From IMG/VR virus record IMGVR_UViG_3300033151_000166, positions 11,677 through 75,676 of that record: a DNA stretch of 64,000 nt. The stretch is one strand, 5' to 3'. The notes below the pieces were generated by a model, which saw nothing but the letters and a program-made list of their open reading frames with translations, searched no databases and was not told the DNA's origin. The DNA is from a virus. This document shows, in pieces, positions 26,932 through 37,386 of the stretch (its first letter is position 1; every line of letters begins with the position of its first letter). Both the position numbers and the translations under genes were made by a program.

Positions 26932-27777
26932 TTGATGCAAAGAAAATTAAACACGGACTTCACTGAAGTCTATTACAATGTATTGAAACACGTTAAAGAT
27001 GAGGGACAGTGGCAAGACAATGCTAGAACTGGTACCAAAGTTCTAGCTACTTTCGGTTACTCATTCCGTTGGGACATGAACTTCATGCCTCTATCTTCAG
27101 GTCGCAAGATGCACCTAACAACTATGGCTGCTGAAGTAGCTTGGATGCTATCAGGTTCTACATCTATTCAATGGCTTAAGAAGTACACCAAAATCTGGAA
27201 TGCTTTTGCTGATGATAAAGATGAGATACCTACTGCGTATGGTCATCGCTGGAGACACTCTTTTGGTGTTGATCAGATTCAAAACATCATCGATAAGTTA
27301 ACTGAAGACCCAAGCTCTAGACAACAAGTCTTGATGAGCTGGGATGCAAGATGTGATAATGTAGTACCAGCTGCTAACATTCCATGTCCATTCACTGCAG
27401 TGATCGCTATCATTAATGGTAAGTTAAACATACACTTGACACTAAGAAGTAATGATGTATTCTACGGTCTACCTTATGATGTTGGTATGTATACTTTCTT
27501 AGGTCAAGCCTTCGCTAGTGAGTTAGGTGTTGAGGTGGGAGAACTATTCTATAGTATCGCTCACGCTCATATCTATGAGAACCAAATGGATGCAGTTGAA
27601 GAGATGTTAACTGATAAAGTAACTCAAGGACCTCAATATAAAGTTGAGCTTAGAGCTTCAATCACTGATATCATTAGTGATAAGTCTGTATTCGTAAGAC
27701 ACGTGGCTGATATATATGAGCAACTAAAGTATGAACCAGTCGTCTTAGCTAACAAGCTACCAAAAGTAGTAGAGTAA
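26932..27777 (+). CDS. thyA: Thymidylate synthase-family enzyme (Asp at the specificity position; possible dCMP methylase)
   Basis: RTGT, YGHRWR, DQI, PSSRQ, IPC, RSNDVFYGLPYD, HIYENQ. Confidence 0.9.
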   Translation: MMQRKLNTDFTEVYYNVLKHVKDEGQWQDNARTGTKVLATFGYSFRWDMNFMPLSSGRKMHLTTMAAEVAWMLSGSTSIQWLKKYTKIWNAFADDKDEIPTAYGHRWRHSFGVDQIQNIIDKLTEDPSSRQQVLMSWDARCDNVVPAANIPCPFTAVIAIINGKLNIHLTLRSNDVFYGLPYDVGMYTFLGQAFASELGVEVGELFYSIAHAHIYENQMDAVEEMLTDKVTQGPQYKVELRASITDIISDKSVFVRHVADIYEQLKYEPVVLANKLPKVVE

Positions 27778-28184
27778 TGAAGAAGCGGTGGACGCCAGAG
27801 TTCTGGATGGAAGTGGCTGAACTGTTTAGCAGTCAGTCTACGTGTAACAAAGCCCAGGTTGGTTGTATCCTTACTAAAGATAAGAAAATGATCGCAGCTG
27901 GTGTTAATGGCACGACCCATGGTGATGACAACTGTTGTGAAGATGACAGTGGACACACAGAACATTGGAGAGTTCACCACGCTGAAATGAATGCCTTGGC
28001 AAAGGTAGGTACCAATGCTAAAGGCTCTGTGGCATACGTCACACTAGCACCTTGCTATGAGTGTGCTAAGAACTTAATACTATTCGGTGTCACCAAAGTA
28101 TACTACGGCAGTGTCAAAGAAGAGTATGAAGATGTTCTTATATATTTAGAGTCAATGGGTGTTGACACTGAGAAGGTTGATTAA
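27777..28184 (+). CDS. dCMP deaminase
   Basis: S.C...QVGC, HAEMNAL, TLAPCYECAK. Confidence 0.92.
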   Translation: MKKRWTPEFWMEVAELFSSQSTCNKAQVGCILTKDKKMIAAGVNGTTHGDDNCCEDDSGHTEHWRVHHAEMNALAKVGTNAKGSVAYVTLAPCYECAKNLILFGVTKVYYGSVKEEYEDVLIYLESMGVDTEKVD

Positions 28185-28185
28185 G

Positions 28186-28503
28186 ATGGCATTAGAAGGT
28201 TTAAACGTAGGCTTCAACATGAAGACCGTGCGTGCTGATAGAAAAGAGACGGCAGCTGAGGAAGACAAAGGTAAGATCAAACTTAATTTTAAAACAGTGG
28301 CTCGTAAGGGTGGACCTGTTACTATAGAGTCTGAAACTATTACGTGGTGTGAAAACCGTGATGAGTCTGATGTATCTGAACTATGGAAGAGATTGTTTAT
28401 TAGAAAAGAGCATACCACTGAAATGGCTAAGCAGTACAAAGATGTTTGTCACTACCTAACTCAAAAGTATGGTTGTGACCTACCTAAAAGGAGTCATAGA
28501 TGA
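28186..28503 (+). CDS. Hypothetical protein
   Basis: Start refined to 28186. Confidence 0.75.
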   Translation: MALEGLNVGFNMKTVRADRKETAAEEDKGKIKLNFKTVARKGGPVTIESETITWCENRDESDVSELWKRLFIRKEHTTEMAKQYKDVCHYLTQKYGCDLPKRSHR

Positions 28504-28895
28504 CAGGCATCTTATTACTATCAGAGAACAATTGTTTTGCTGATGAGGATGGTAAAGTAAGTTGGGGACCAGCAGCTGATAAGCTATGGGTTAGACGTAT
28601 GATCTTTCAAAAGAAAGTCTTTGTTGGTTATCATACTTGGAAGTCTATACAGTCTCACTACTCACTACTTGATCTACCCTCGTCGTGGCAGTTTGTAAAC
28701 CCAATGGACGCTACAATTCATTTTGGTGGACCAAAGTCTTTCAAGAGTTTCCCACCAGATAGATTTATTATACACAAAACTCGTACACCTATTGCTGGTA
28801 TGTTCTTTGATATGAACTGGCTAGAAGATAACTACGAGCTAACAGACTCAAGCGACTGTCCTGAGTATACGGAGTTGATCTATGCCAAAAAATGA
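28500..28895 (+). CDS. Divergent dihydrofolate reductase
   Basis: GKVSW..AADKLWVRR...VFVGYHTWKSI...HFGG..FF aligns with DHFR motifs. Confidence 0.75.
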   Translation: MTGILLLSENNCFADEDGKVSWGPAADKLWVRRMIFQKKVFVGYHTWKSIQSHYSLLDLPSSWQFVNPMDATIHFGGPKSFKSFPPDRFIIHKTRTPIAGMFFDMNWLEDNYELTDSSDCPEYTELIYAKK

Positions 28896-29325
28896 TGGTA
28901 AGTTAACTGAGCGTATATTCGATGCTCAGTTCAAAGATGAGACCGCCAGAGATATAAACTTTGTGTACTATAAATTTATCGACAGTCATGCTGCTCGTAA
29001 CTTGGTACAAAACCAGCCTGCTGATAGACTAATAATCTATATGGGAACTGTAATACTTACTGAGATCAAATCTTCTTATGACCCAATGCGTTTCCCACTG
29101 AAGAACATCTCTAAGAAACAAATTGGTACTGGAAGACGCTGGGTAGCAGCTGGTACTAAGTCTATGTTTATTATCCATAGACTACAAACAAATGAGTTCT
29201 TCTTCGTACCTCTAACTGAGGTTCTAAAGAAGATGGACAGTGGTCATAAGAGTTGGAAGTGGTCTGAGCTAGAGTACTTCAAACACGAGGCAACCTATGC
29301 GTTTTGGAAACGTTATGGTAATTAA
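28882..29325 (+). CDS. PD-(D/E)xK nuclease, RecU-like Holliday junction resolvase
   Basis: PADRL...TEIKSS..RFPLKNISKKQ. Confidence 0.8.
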   Translation: MPKNDGKLTERIFDAQFKDETARDINFVYYKFIDSHAARNLVQNQPADRLIIYMGTVILTEIKSSYDPMRFPLKNISKKQIGTGRRWVAAGTKSMFIIHRLQTNEFFFVPLTEVLKKMDSGHKSWKWSELEYFKHEATYAFWKRYGN

Positions 29326-29342
29326 ATTCAAAGGAGTAACTA

Positions 29343-29726
29343 ATGAAAATAGTTATTGAAGTAGAAGACCTAAGCAAGATCGGTTACACGCATGAAGTTC
29401 GTATGCCTAGCCCAGACATTCATCATGTATGTCTAGCTGGTGAGTTGGCAGTTAACGCTGTTGGTACTATCAAAGCAATTGAAACAAAAGTTGGTAACGG
29501 TTCTAAAGCCAGACCAAATGCTGACGCTGTTCAAGTAACTGGACTTAAGTCTATTGAAGTTGGTGAGAACGGTGAGATCACGATTGAAGGCAATCACACT
29601 GTAGTGATTAAACAAAAGGGGTTGGCTAAAAGTGTCAAAATTGCAGACGTCAAAGCAACCACCAGCAAACCTACAAGAGCTGAGAAGCGTGCCAAAAATA
29701 AAGCAGGCGATGCTCAGACTAGCTAA
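29343..29726 (+). CDS. Hypothetical protein with a basic C-terminal tail
   Basis: AAGGAG RBS. Confidence 0.75.
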   Translation: MKIVIEVEDLSKIGYTHEVRMPSPDIHHVCLAGELAVNAVGTIKAIETKVGNGSKARPNADAVQVTGLKSIEVGENGEITIEGNHTVVIKQKGLAKSVKIADVKATTSKPTRAEKRAKNKAGDAQTS

Positions 29727-29763
29727 CAAGCTAAACCCATTCTAATTCAAAAGGCGGACAACC

Positions 29764-30654
29764 ATGAATAATCTAGCACTAGGCGACTTGCATATTGGCA
29801 AGCGCCACAAAGTAACCTTCGGAGACCCAGCTATCTGGGACGAGTTAACTATGAAAGTAGTTATCGAGTTACTTAAACTTCACAAACCAAAACACTTGAT
29901 ACTAACAGGCGATGTATTCGACTCTAGTAAACCCACTGCACTAGACTTTGCTCAAGTAGTAATGCTCACATCTATGGTAGACAGAGTAACTATCTTAACT
30001 GGTAACCACGATCTATCTATGATTGCCGAGGATATAGCTTTTAGCTATCTGTCTAGACTTCCTAATGTTACTCTAGTAGAGGCTAATCATTTTACCTATG
30101 TATATGACGGTGCTTATGCAGTGGGCTGGTGTGATACTCAAGAAGAATTTATTAAGACAATGGCAATGGCATTGAGAGATGTACCTGAAAATGGCGTTGT
30201 CTATGCTCATTGTAATAGGAAGTATTGGGAAAATGACAATGACAATAGCTTTACCGATGAGCTCTACGACTTGGCAGCCAGTAGAAACATTACCGTTATC
30301 TCTGGACATGAGCATACCTCTTCTATCTCTAACCATTTCATTCATCTCGGTAGCGTTGTACCTCAAGCACGAAATCAACTGAACCAAAAGTATGGTTGGG
30401 CTGACGACAAGCTACTTGAGTTACCAATGCACTGGGCATCTAGTGAATTAGATGTGGCAAGTGTGTACTTCCTAGAGGAAGATCCTATAGACATGAGTGA
30501 CTTCTCTTGTTACTTGATACGTAATGATAAAGAAGTTAAAGCTGAGGACCTCAAGCTCGAGAGTAAAGATCTTACTATCGATGTTATTGAAAGCTTCAGA
30601 GCGGCAGCAGTCAAAGAAGGTTTTGGAAAGGAATTATTAGATGAGTATCTCTAA
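29764..30654 (+). CDS. sbcD: Mre11/SbcD-like metallophosphoesterase nuclease
   Basis: GDLH, GDVFD, GNHD, GHEH. Confidence 0.9.
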   Translation: MNNLALGDLHIGKRHKVTFGDPAIWDELTMKVVIELLKLHKPKHLILTGDVFDSSKPTALDFAQVVMLTSMVDRVTILTGNHDLSMIAEDIAFSYLSRLPNVTLVEANHFTYVYDGAYAVGWCDTQEEFIKTMAMALRDVPENGVVYAHCNRKYWENDNDNSFTDELYDLAASRNITVISGHEHTSSISNHFIHLGSVVPQARNQLNQKYGWADDKLLELPMHWASSELDVASVYFLEEDPIDMSDFSCYLIRNDKEVKAEDLKLESKDLTIDVIESFRAAAVKEGFGKELLDEYL

Positions 30655-32503
30655 ACTAAGATTAATAAACTACCGTCAGTACAGTGATAAGACTATAAAC
30701 TTTAAAGATAAGTTAACAGTCATTCGCGGGCGCAACGGTATAGGTAAGACAACAATAGTTGAGGCAATTGGTTTTGCTTTATTTGGTTCAGCATTACAAC
30801 GTGGTAAGGCTAAGGAGTGGATTAAAAGAGGGGAAGCTCATGGTGGAGTGGTACTTACAATTGACGGCTTTACAATCGAGCGTTCTGATACCCTTGCTAT
30901 TGTATATGACGGGAGCGGCAACACTGTGGCTCGCAATAACACTGGCATTGTACAGTGGGTAGAGAACACTTATGGTTTAACACCTGATCTATATAAGACG
31001 TCATTCTATATAGGACAAAAAGATATTGGTAGCTTCGCTGCTCTCAGTCCACTAGAACGTACTAAGAGAGTTGAGAAACTTCTACGTATAGATCGTCTAG
31101 ACGAGATCAAGACTAGTGTACGTGAGGCAGCTAAGGCAGAGACAGCCAATGTTACTGCGTACCAGGCTAAGCTAGAGAACATTACTTTAGTGCCCGTAGA
31201 AGACTTAGCTGATGAGTTAGCGACTGCTCGTACAGTTCTTGAGGTACGTATAGTCGAGAACTCTGAGTACAAGACTAAGCTTGCTGAGTACAACACATAT
31301 CTACAAGCTAAGCATCAGTGGGTTGGTGTAACTTATGATCTAGATGTAGCTGAGAAGCAATATCTAGAAGACTTGTCTCACAATGCGGCAGTGGCACCCA
31401 CTAATAAACTTATTAATGAAAAGCTACGTCTATTGAAAATACTAAGAGATGTAAATGTATTGCCAAAGTATTTCACGTTGTCTGAACGCGAGATTGTGAA
31501 CCACGAAAACACTATATTAAAGTTCGAAAAGCTAAGAACACAAATTAAAGTATTAAATTGTGAGCCAGTAGAACACCGTAGTCTAGACTATCAAGAGCGT
31601 GACATACGAGAAGAAGAAAAGATCTTGAGTCTTAACAAAAACATACCTGACACATGCCCTACTTGTGGACAGGACTGGCCAAGCAAAGCTACCATAGATG
31701 TAGACAAATTCAAGGCTCAACTAGAAGAGAAGAAAGAACGCTTTAGATCAGATGTGTGTGAGAACCAAGCACACGGTTTGAATGAACAACTCAAAGCTAT
31801 TGAACTACCAGACTATAGCATGCAAGACCTAGCTGAAGCATCAGTAGCTCTAGCTAACAAAGCTAGTTACCTTAGACTAGAAGAGTTATCTGATGTAGCT
31901 GAAGTACTTCTTGATGAGGTTATAGTTTATAATCTTGAAGAGTGTCAACGTCAAGAAGCTATTCGTGCTAAGCTAACTAAAGTTATAGTAGAACCAGTTG
32001 AAGTTGATGTAGCTGGAGCACGTAAAGAAGTGGCTCGTTTTGAAGGTAACCAAAGAGATCTTGAAGCGTACAAGAGAGATGCAGTCATTGAAGAAGAGTA
32101 TACTGGTCTACTGAATACATCTATAGATAAGGTCGAGGAACTTAAAAGACTCATCAAGTTTATAGACCTGTACAGAAAATCATTTGGTGCTAACGTAATA
32201 CCACTGCTACAGACAAACGTATCAAACATAGTTAACTTCCTTAGTGAAGGTAAGTACAGTTCTGTTAAGATCAATAATGATTATTCTATAGAAGACTTTG
32301 ATTTTTACAGTGGTAGCGAGCAAGACTCTGTATCATTTGCATTACGTCTAGCGATCTCACAAGTATCACGTATAGGTAGTTTTAAAACTATGCTCTTAGA
32401 CGAGGTAGCGGCTAGCTTTGATGATGAACGCGAGCAGAAGCTGATGGAAATCTTAGAGCTACAAGATACTCAACTAATCTACATAACTCATGGTGCTATA
32501 TAG
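30641..32503 (+). CDS. sbcC: Rad50/SbcC-like ATPase
   Basis: GRNGIGKT, Zn hook CPTCG, YSGSEQ, LLDE, ITH. Confidence 0.92.
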   Translation: MSISKLRLINYRQYSDKTINFKDKLTVIRGRNGIGKTTIVEAIGFALFGSALQRGKAKEWIKRGEAHGGVVLTIDGFTIERSDTLAIVYDGSGNTVARNNTGIVQWVENTYGLTPDLYKTSFYIGQKDIGSFAALSPLERTKRVEKLLRIDRLDEIKTSVREAAKAETANVTAYQAKLENITLVPVEDLADELATARTVLEVRIVENSEYKTKLAEYNTYLQAKHQWVGVTYDLDVAEKQYLEDLSHNAAVAPTNKLINEKLRLLKILRDVNVLPKYFTLSEREIVNHENTILKFEKLRTQIKVLNCEPVEHRSLDYQERDIREEEKILSLNKNIPDTCPTCGQDWPSKATIDVDKFKAQLEEKKERFRSDVCENQAHGLNEQLKAIELPDYSMQDLAEASVALANKASYLRLEELSDVAEVLLDEVIVYNLEECQRQEAIRAKLTKVIVEPVEVDVAGARKEVARFEGNQRDLEAYKRDAVIEEEYTGLLNTSIDKVEELKRLIKFIDLYRKSFGANVIPLLQTNVSNIVNFLSEGKYSSVKINNDYSIEDFDFYSGSEQDSVSFALRLAISQVSRIGSFKTMLLDEVAASFDDEREQKLMEILELQDTQLIYITHGAI

Positions 32504-34172
32504 CACTACCATTCGGTAACAATCCAACAAACTCTCCGTATCTAACTGCATCATCCGTAGTTAGATACATTAACTTAGCAGCGTAGGCATAGAAGTCTTC
32601 AGCTATATCAAGTGTACCTATGTATGGTGGTAGTGCTATGTATGGATGAATAGATGTGTTAACACGTATGTCCATAGAGTCTAGATCAAAAGCCATAGGC
32701 GGACACTCATCCTCACCTATATTAAACCCACCATTACCGGCATCTCTCCAGACCTCAACATGCATCCACTGGTAAGGTCTAATGTTATTAGTAGCATACA
32801 AGTAATCCCAGTTCCAGCGCATAAAATCTATATTCTTGAGTCTCTCTTTTACTACGTTAGTATCAATAGCAACCAGGTTATTTGTAAGTATATAACCATT
32901 GACATTATATATTGAAGTGAAAAAACTATTACGCACACCACCTTTATCCGTGATGTATGCAAAAGGTATTTCAAATATGTAGACCCAAATATAAGATCTA
33001 AATAGTATGTCATATAGATCGTTGTCCACACCATCTTTGATAACAACTTTAGAAGCATCTACAAAGTTATGTAGATTAAAGACTCTGAACATTCTAGAAG
33101 TATCAATAATTGAGTTAGGTATTGCAGCTCTTAAGAACATGTTCATACTGAAATCTACATACATGTAAGGACTAATCTCATGTGCAGTTGATGGAACTGC
33201 ATAGCCAGATGTTGGTGCAGGTAGATAAGGAAACTCACCTAACTGTAGAGAACCATTCCTAACATCTGCTGGCTCAGTGTAAGTATGCTTAGGTTGTAGC
33301 ACGCCATTAATACAGATCATTCCTGGTGCAGTGTTAGCGTGAAAAGTTACACCATCATAAGTAGCATCAGGATTAAACTTAGTCTCTTGTGTGTAACACT
33401 GTGAGTCATAGATATTCTCAACGGCTTCAAAGCAACAAGTATCAAAGTTATAAACAAGTCTACCATCACATTTAACTGGATAATCCATCACTCTAAATTC
33501 AGTGGTTTCTATTAGCTCGCCATCATAATAGACTTCGTACCAACCAGCACAGCCTAGTTCTTCAGAGGCTATAATAGCATCTATGTCTCCAACTCTATTA
33601 CTAGATCTGTATGTGTATATAGGTTTGTCTAACTCGTAAACGCCTATACCTCTACCATTCTTACTGTAGAATTTGTAGTAGTAATCACGGATTCTAAAGC
33701 TGCTATTCTCAAAGTGCACTGAAGATCGAGTACTTACAGTGAGGTACCAACGTTCTAGAACATCATCCCATTGTAAAGCTGTATCTATATAGGGCTGATA
33801 TTCAAACAAAGTACAAGGTACTATATCAACTATAACACTAGGAGGTAATGTCGTGGTATTGGTACTAACCTCTGGTGTAGGTGAACTTGACAAGCCACCA
33901 CCACCGCCACCAAGTTTCTGAATCTCTAGTCTACCACTCTTTGGGATATATAAAGTAGTAGTTGTGTTTAGATATACGTGAGCTGAGCCACCTAATCTAG
34001 CACCTAGACCAGCAACTACACTAGCAGAACCTCGCAGTTCTTCAGGTATACCTGTCTTAGTATTGGGTTGTTCAGCTGTCGCCGCTGCTGAGACATTAAC
34101 AAATGCAGTTATGTATCCTGTAGTAAATAAAATCATACTGGCCTCACTCTTAAGTTGCCTACGTAGTACCAA
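32496..34172 (-). CDS. Tail-associated / fibre protein
   Basis: Last gene of the tail operon; LRGSASVV..LGGSAHVY module shared with the large fibre. Confidence 0.55.
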   Translation of the reverse strand: MVLRRQLKSEASMILFTTGYITAFVNVSAAATAEQPNTKTGIPEELRGSASVVAGLGARLGGSAHVYLNTTTTLYIPKSGRLEIQKLGGGGGGLSSSPTPEVSTNTTTLPPSVIVDIVPCTLFEYQPYIDTALQWDDVLERWYLTVSTRSSVHFENSSFRIRDYYYKFYSKNGRGIGVYELDKPIYTYRSSNRVGDIDAIIASEELGCAGWYEVYYDGELIETTEFRVMDYPVKCDGRLVYNFDTCCFEAVENIYDSQCYTQETKFNPDATYDGVTFHANTAPGMICINGVLQPKHTYTEPADVRNGSLQLGEFPYLPAPTSGYAVPSTAHEISPYMYVDFSMNMFLRAAIPNSIIDTSRMFRVFNLHNFVDASKVVIKDGVDNDLYDILFRSYIWVYIFEIPFAYITDKGGVRNSFFTSIYNVNGYILTNNLVAIDTNVVKERLKNIDFMRWNWDYLYATNNIRPYQWMHVEVWRDAGNGGFNIGEDECPPMAFDLDSMDIRVNTSIHPYIALPPYIGTLDIAEDFYAYAAKLMYLTTDDAVRYGEFVGLLPNGSAI

Positions 34173-35092
34173 CCATCTTTGTCTGGTAGTAAGTCAGGAG
34201 CTAACTCTAATGTATTGAATTCTAGTTTAGTACTCTGAGTCTCACTGTCATAACAGAACTTTAAGTTCTCATACTCTCTAGGATCATTTAGTAGGTAACA
34301 AGGTCTAATAGGATATTTAATACTATAAGCACCAACTACACTAATATAGTCAGACTGCTGAGGTACTGTTACTCTACCTCTCTTATGTTCTACTACCTCT
34401 ACTACTTGACCAGTCTCTGGGTTAATCACATCAGTATACTCTATCCAAGTTTCGTGGCTAGCATTACTAAAAGGTACAACACCATCATGAAAGAACAACT
34501 CAATAACTGTTGGTTCGACAAACTCATTACCAACAAATGTCATAGCTGATCTACTAATAGTATCAACCTCACCACTGTACTCTAGTATGGTTTGATTTTC
34601 CTCTTCCTTATAGCACACTGATGTTAGGTAACTCCAGTCAAAAGGATCTGGTACTTTCTGGGTTGGTGGTAAAGTCCAACTCCAAGTGTAACTGTTACAG
34701 GTACGGATTAAGTACAGTGGCATAATCCGTACCTTACGATACTCTTCAGCAAACATAATGACTTCTAAACCGGTAGTACCAGCGGGTACCTCAGCTAAGA
34801 AGATATAAGAGTAGTCAGCATCTGAATCAAGTATCAAAGGTCTAACAGAGAAGTTAACAGTTGTGAGTGTTAAAGTAACCGGGTCGTACTGTGCGGTCTG
34901 TGAGTCTTGTAGTGTCATATTAATAACTGGATTATCGTAGGCAGTTGATTTATAATCTATACAATTAATCCCTTCGTAGAAGTTAGCTAGTAAGAGTCTA
35001 CACTTCTCTTGTGATACTATCTCTTGTCCACTATACATTTTGCACCTCGAATATAAGTTCACTGTACTCTTGGAACAGTGGTTGTACATCAT
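34133..35092 (-). CDS. Tail-associated protein
   Basis: Position in the tail operon; start uncertain. Confidence 0.55.
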   Translation of the reverse strand: MMYNHCSKSTVNLYSRCKMYSGQEIVSQEKCRLLLANFYEGINCIDYKSTAYDNPVINMTLQDSQTAQYDPVTLTLTTVNFSVRPLILDSDADYSYIFLAEVPAGTTGLEVIMFAEEYRKVRIMPLYLIRTCNSYTWSWTLPPTQKVPDPFDWSYLTSVCYKEEENQTILEYSGEVDTISRSAMTFVGNEFVEPTVIELFFHDGVVPFSNASHETWIEYTDVINPETGQVVEVVEHKRGRVTVPQQSDYISVVGAYSIKYPIRPCYLLNDPREYENLKFCYDSETQSTKLEFNTLELAPDLLPDKDGWYYVGNLRVRPV

Positions 35093-35762
35093 CAGCTATC
35101 AAATGGTCTTTACCATCTTTAGATATCTTTAACACTGCAGCTAGTAACTGTTGTTGTATCCTACAAATCTCACCGATCTTCCAGGTATTATTACGAGTCC
35201 AATCCATACTCAAAGTACCTATTACACTAGCACCTGTGAACTTAAGCTCGCTTGCACCATAGATAACTATATGACCAGTAGCTCTAGTGTTAGTGTTGAG
35301 TACATAATCTACAGGCCAATAACCATCGACTGCGTATTGATTACCAGCCACTATACGACAAACAGCATTGATCTCTATTCTATAAGCAACATCAACATTT
35401 GAACCACAATCGTTTATAGTACAGTGCCCTTGTTCTATAGTGCTAACTACATTAGGAATGATAAAGACTGAAGATTGACAAGTCAAGTGCGCTATGTTAG
35501 CAGTGGCTGGGTTATATAGTGAGGAGTCTACAGTTAGATAGGTGTTACTGTTTAGAGGGTGAACGTCACCAGATAGAATCATAAAGCCATTGACGTCTAG
35601 TTGAGCACTAGCTAATAGATTTACGCTTCCATGTTGGTTGTTGGCAGCTGCAGAGACAAGAGCCTCTGCTGCTAAGCTGAATTGGTTGTATATTACTATA
35701 CCACCAGTTGTACTAGTAGTGGCTATGCCATAGAGGTTGGCTACTCCTAGTACGTCCGCCAT
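35031..35762 (-). CDS. Tail-associated protein
   Basis: Ala/Val-rich beta repeats; operon position. Confidence 0.55.
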   Translation of the reverse strand: MADVLGVANLYGIATTSTTGGIVIYNQFSLAAEALVSAAANNQHGSVNLLASAQLDVNGFMILSGDVHPLNSNTYLTVDSSLYNPATANIAHLTCQSSVFIIPNVVSTIEQGHCTINDCGSNVDVAYRIEINAVCRIVAGNQYAVDGYWPVDYVLNTNTRATGHIVIYGASELKFTGASVIGTLSMDWTRNNTWKIGEICRIQQQLLAAVLKISKDGKDHLIADDVQPLFQEYSELIFEVQNV

Positions 35763-35765
35763 GGG

Positions 35766-36170
35766 TTATGCCAGAGTAATACTTAAATCACCTACGGCGA
35801 TTTTAAATGTATCACCATTACCAACATCTTTAGCAGCTGTTAGCTGACCGTGATAAACCATGTTACCAGCACCCTGAGTTGTTCCGTCCATAAGACCGAT
35901 GTGAGTAACAATACCCCATGCACCAGTAGCTTGTGGAAACGAAATCTCAGTAGTGTTAGCACTTGTTTCATTAGTAGCCGCAGAGAACTTGGTACTAATT
36001 TCAACACGTGCATATGCTGCAGCATTTGGTACTTCATTCGTTAGATCGCCAGTTTCTCCTGGGTCAGCAGTGAATAAAGCCAAATAGACTGTTGGCATTG
36101 TGAAAGCTCCTACACCTAATGTGTGATCAAGCAACGCTTTTTCTAGATAATCCGTCATGTTATTAGCCAT
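35766..36170 (-). CDS. Conserved small siphovirus tail protein (fibre anchor/collar-like)
   Basis: YLEKALLD..VYLALFTADP..YAR..FPQATGAWG.VTH.GL.D..GN..F.IA.GDL pattern is widespread in phage tail modules. Confidence 0.75.
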   Translation of the reverse strand: MANNMTDYLEKALLDHTLGVGAFTMPTVYLALFTADPGETGDLTNEVPNAAAYARVEISTKFSAATNETSANTTEISFPQATGAWGIVTHIGLMDGTTQGAGNMVYHGQLTAAKDVGNGDTFKIAVGDLSITLA

Positions 36171-36214
36171 GATAGCTCCTTAGTTTAAACTGTTTGAACT
36201 TAGCGTTATATATG

Positions 36215-37327
36215 TTAAGGGGAAATCCCTAACTCATCTTGTATTTGCCCCATTAGGTCCCAGTTACGAGCAATACAGCGTTGTTTAGATGCTGAGACAG
36301 TTAGATAAGTGTAACCTATTAAGTTAGTATCTGTAGCACCTAGACTGGCATCAGCATATAAAGAGTAAACACCACCAGATAGATACGCTTTATGTCCATT
36401 GTTCACTTCTAAAATAGCAATGGTATGGAAATGACATTTGCCATAGGCATAGTTAGCTGGTTGAACATCATCTAGTATAGCTTGAGTAAAACCAAAGTTG
36501 CTTAAGTCTAAGGGTTTATACTCACAAGTAACACGTACTTGTTGACTCATGGTACAAGAGGTATACTTATCAGCAGCAGCGTGCAGTTGTACGTTAGCAT
36601 TACCACTCATAGGTTGTAAATCTTTATCAAGTATAGGGTCATGATTTAAGATTATAATACCAGCCGATATTAGATCACTAAAGCTAGAGTTATAGACCAT
36701 ACCCTCAGCAGGCTTAGGATTATAAGTGCCATCAGGAACTGTGTGTGCTGGTACTACTTGCCAATCATTAGTTGTTGCTGGTCTATAGTATATGTAATAA
36801 GAACCATCATCTCTAAGTGCAATTATACAGTCAGTATAGTATCTAGTACGCTCATACCTATTATAGTTAGAACTGTAGTAGTACATAACTGAAACCCACT
36901 GAGCCTTGTACAACTTTTCAAAAGAGTAGTTTATAATTGGTTTTTTAAACTTCCACCACATCTCATCTATAGCACTTTGATCTAAAGTACCTGCCAGTGT
37001 CTTATTCTGATAGTTAACGGTCTCACCCCAAGTGTGAATAAAACCATCTTTATCTAGTACTATACCACCGTATATTGTACCACCGTGACTATAGATATCA
37101 CCTATCCACTCTAAGTGGTGATAGCCAACACCATAAGGAGTGTCAAAAAATTTGACGTCTTTATTGTTATAGTCATTGTTTAGGTTATAAGATACACCCC
37201 AAGCTAAGATCGTTCCGGTTCTAGTCATAGCTAAATGCTGGTACTCACGCCCGCCATAGCCGTCGTTTCTATCGGCGACCATGTATTGGGTGAGGTCAGT
37301 TAGTGGGTCTGGCTGAGGTACACTCAT
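36215..37327 (-). CDS. Tail protein with RCC1-like repeats
   Basis: HLAMTRTGTILAWG, VLDKDGFIHTWG. Confidence 0.6.
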   Translation of the reverse strand: MSVPQPDPLTDLTQYMVADRNDGYGGREYQHLAMTRTGTILAWGVSYNLNNDYNNKDVKFFDTPYGVGYHHLEWIGDIYSHGGTIYGGIVLDKDGFIHTWGETVNYQNKTLAGTLDQSAIDEMWWKFKKPIINYSFEKLYKAQWVSVMYYYSSNYNRYERTRYYTDCIIALRDDGSYYIYYRPATTNDWQVVPAHTVPDGTYNPKPAEGMVYNSSFSDLISAGIIILNHDPILDKDLQPMSGNANVQLHAAADKYTSCTMSQQVRVTCEYKPLDLSNFGFTQAILDDVQPANYAYGKCHFHTIAILEVNNGHKAYLSGGVYSLYADASLGATDTNLIGYTYLTVSASKQRCIARNWDLMGQIQDELGISP

Positions 37328-37386
37328 CTAATATCCTTATATAACATCTATGGTTTGTAAATTACCATACTTGTCTATTAAGCCTC

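Noticed and set aside
36171-37386. A late-promoter consensus for the phage sigma factor
   Set aside because: Too few intergenic examples; only a weak ..CCATA(G/A) similarity that I cannot support
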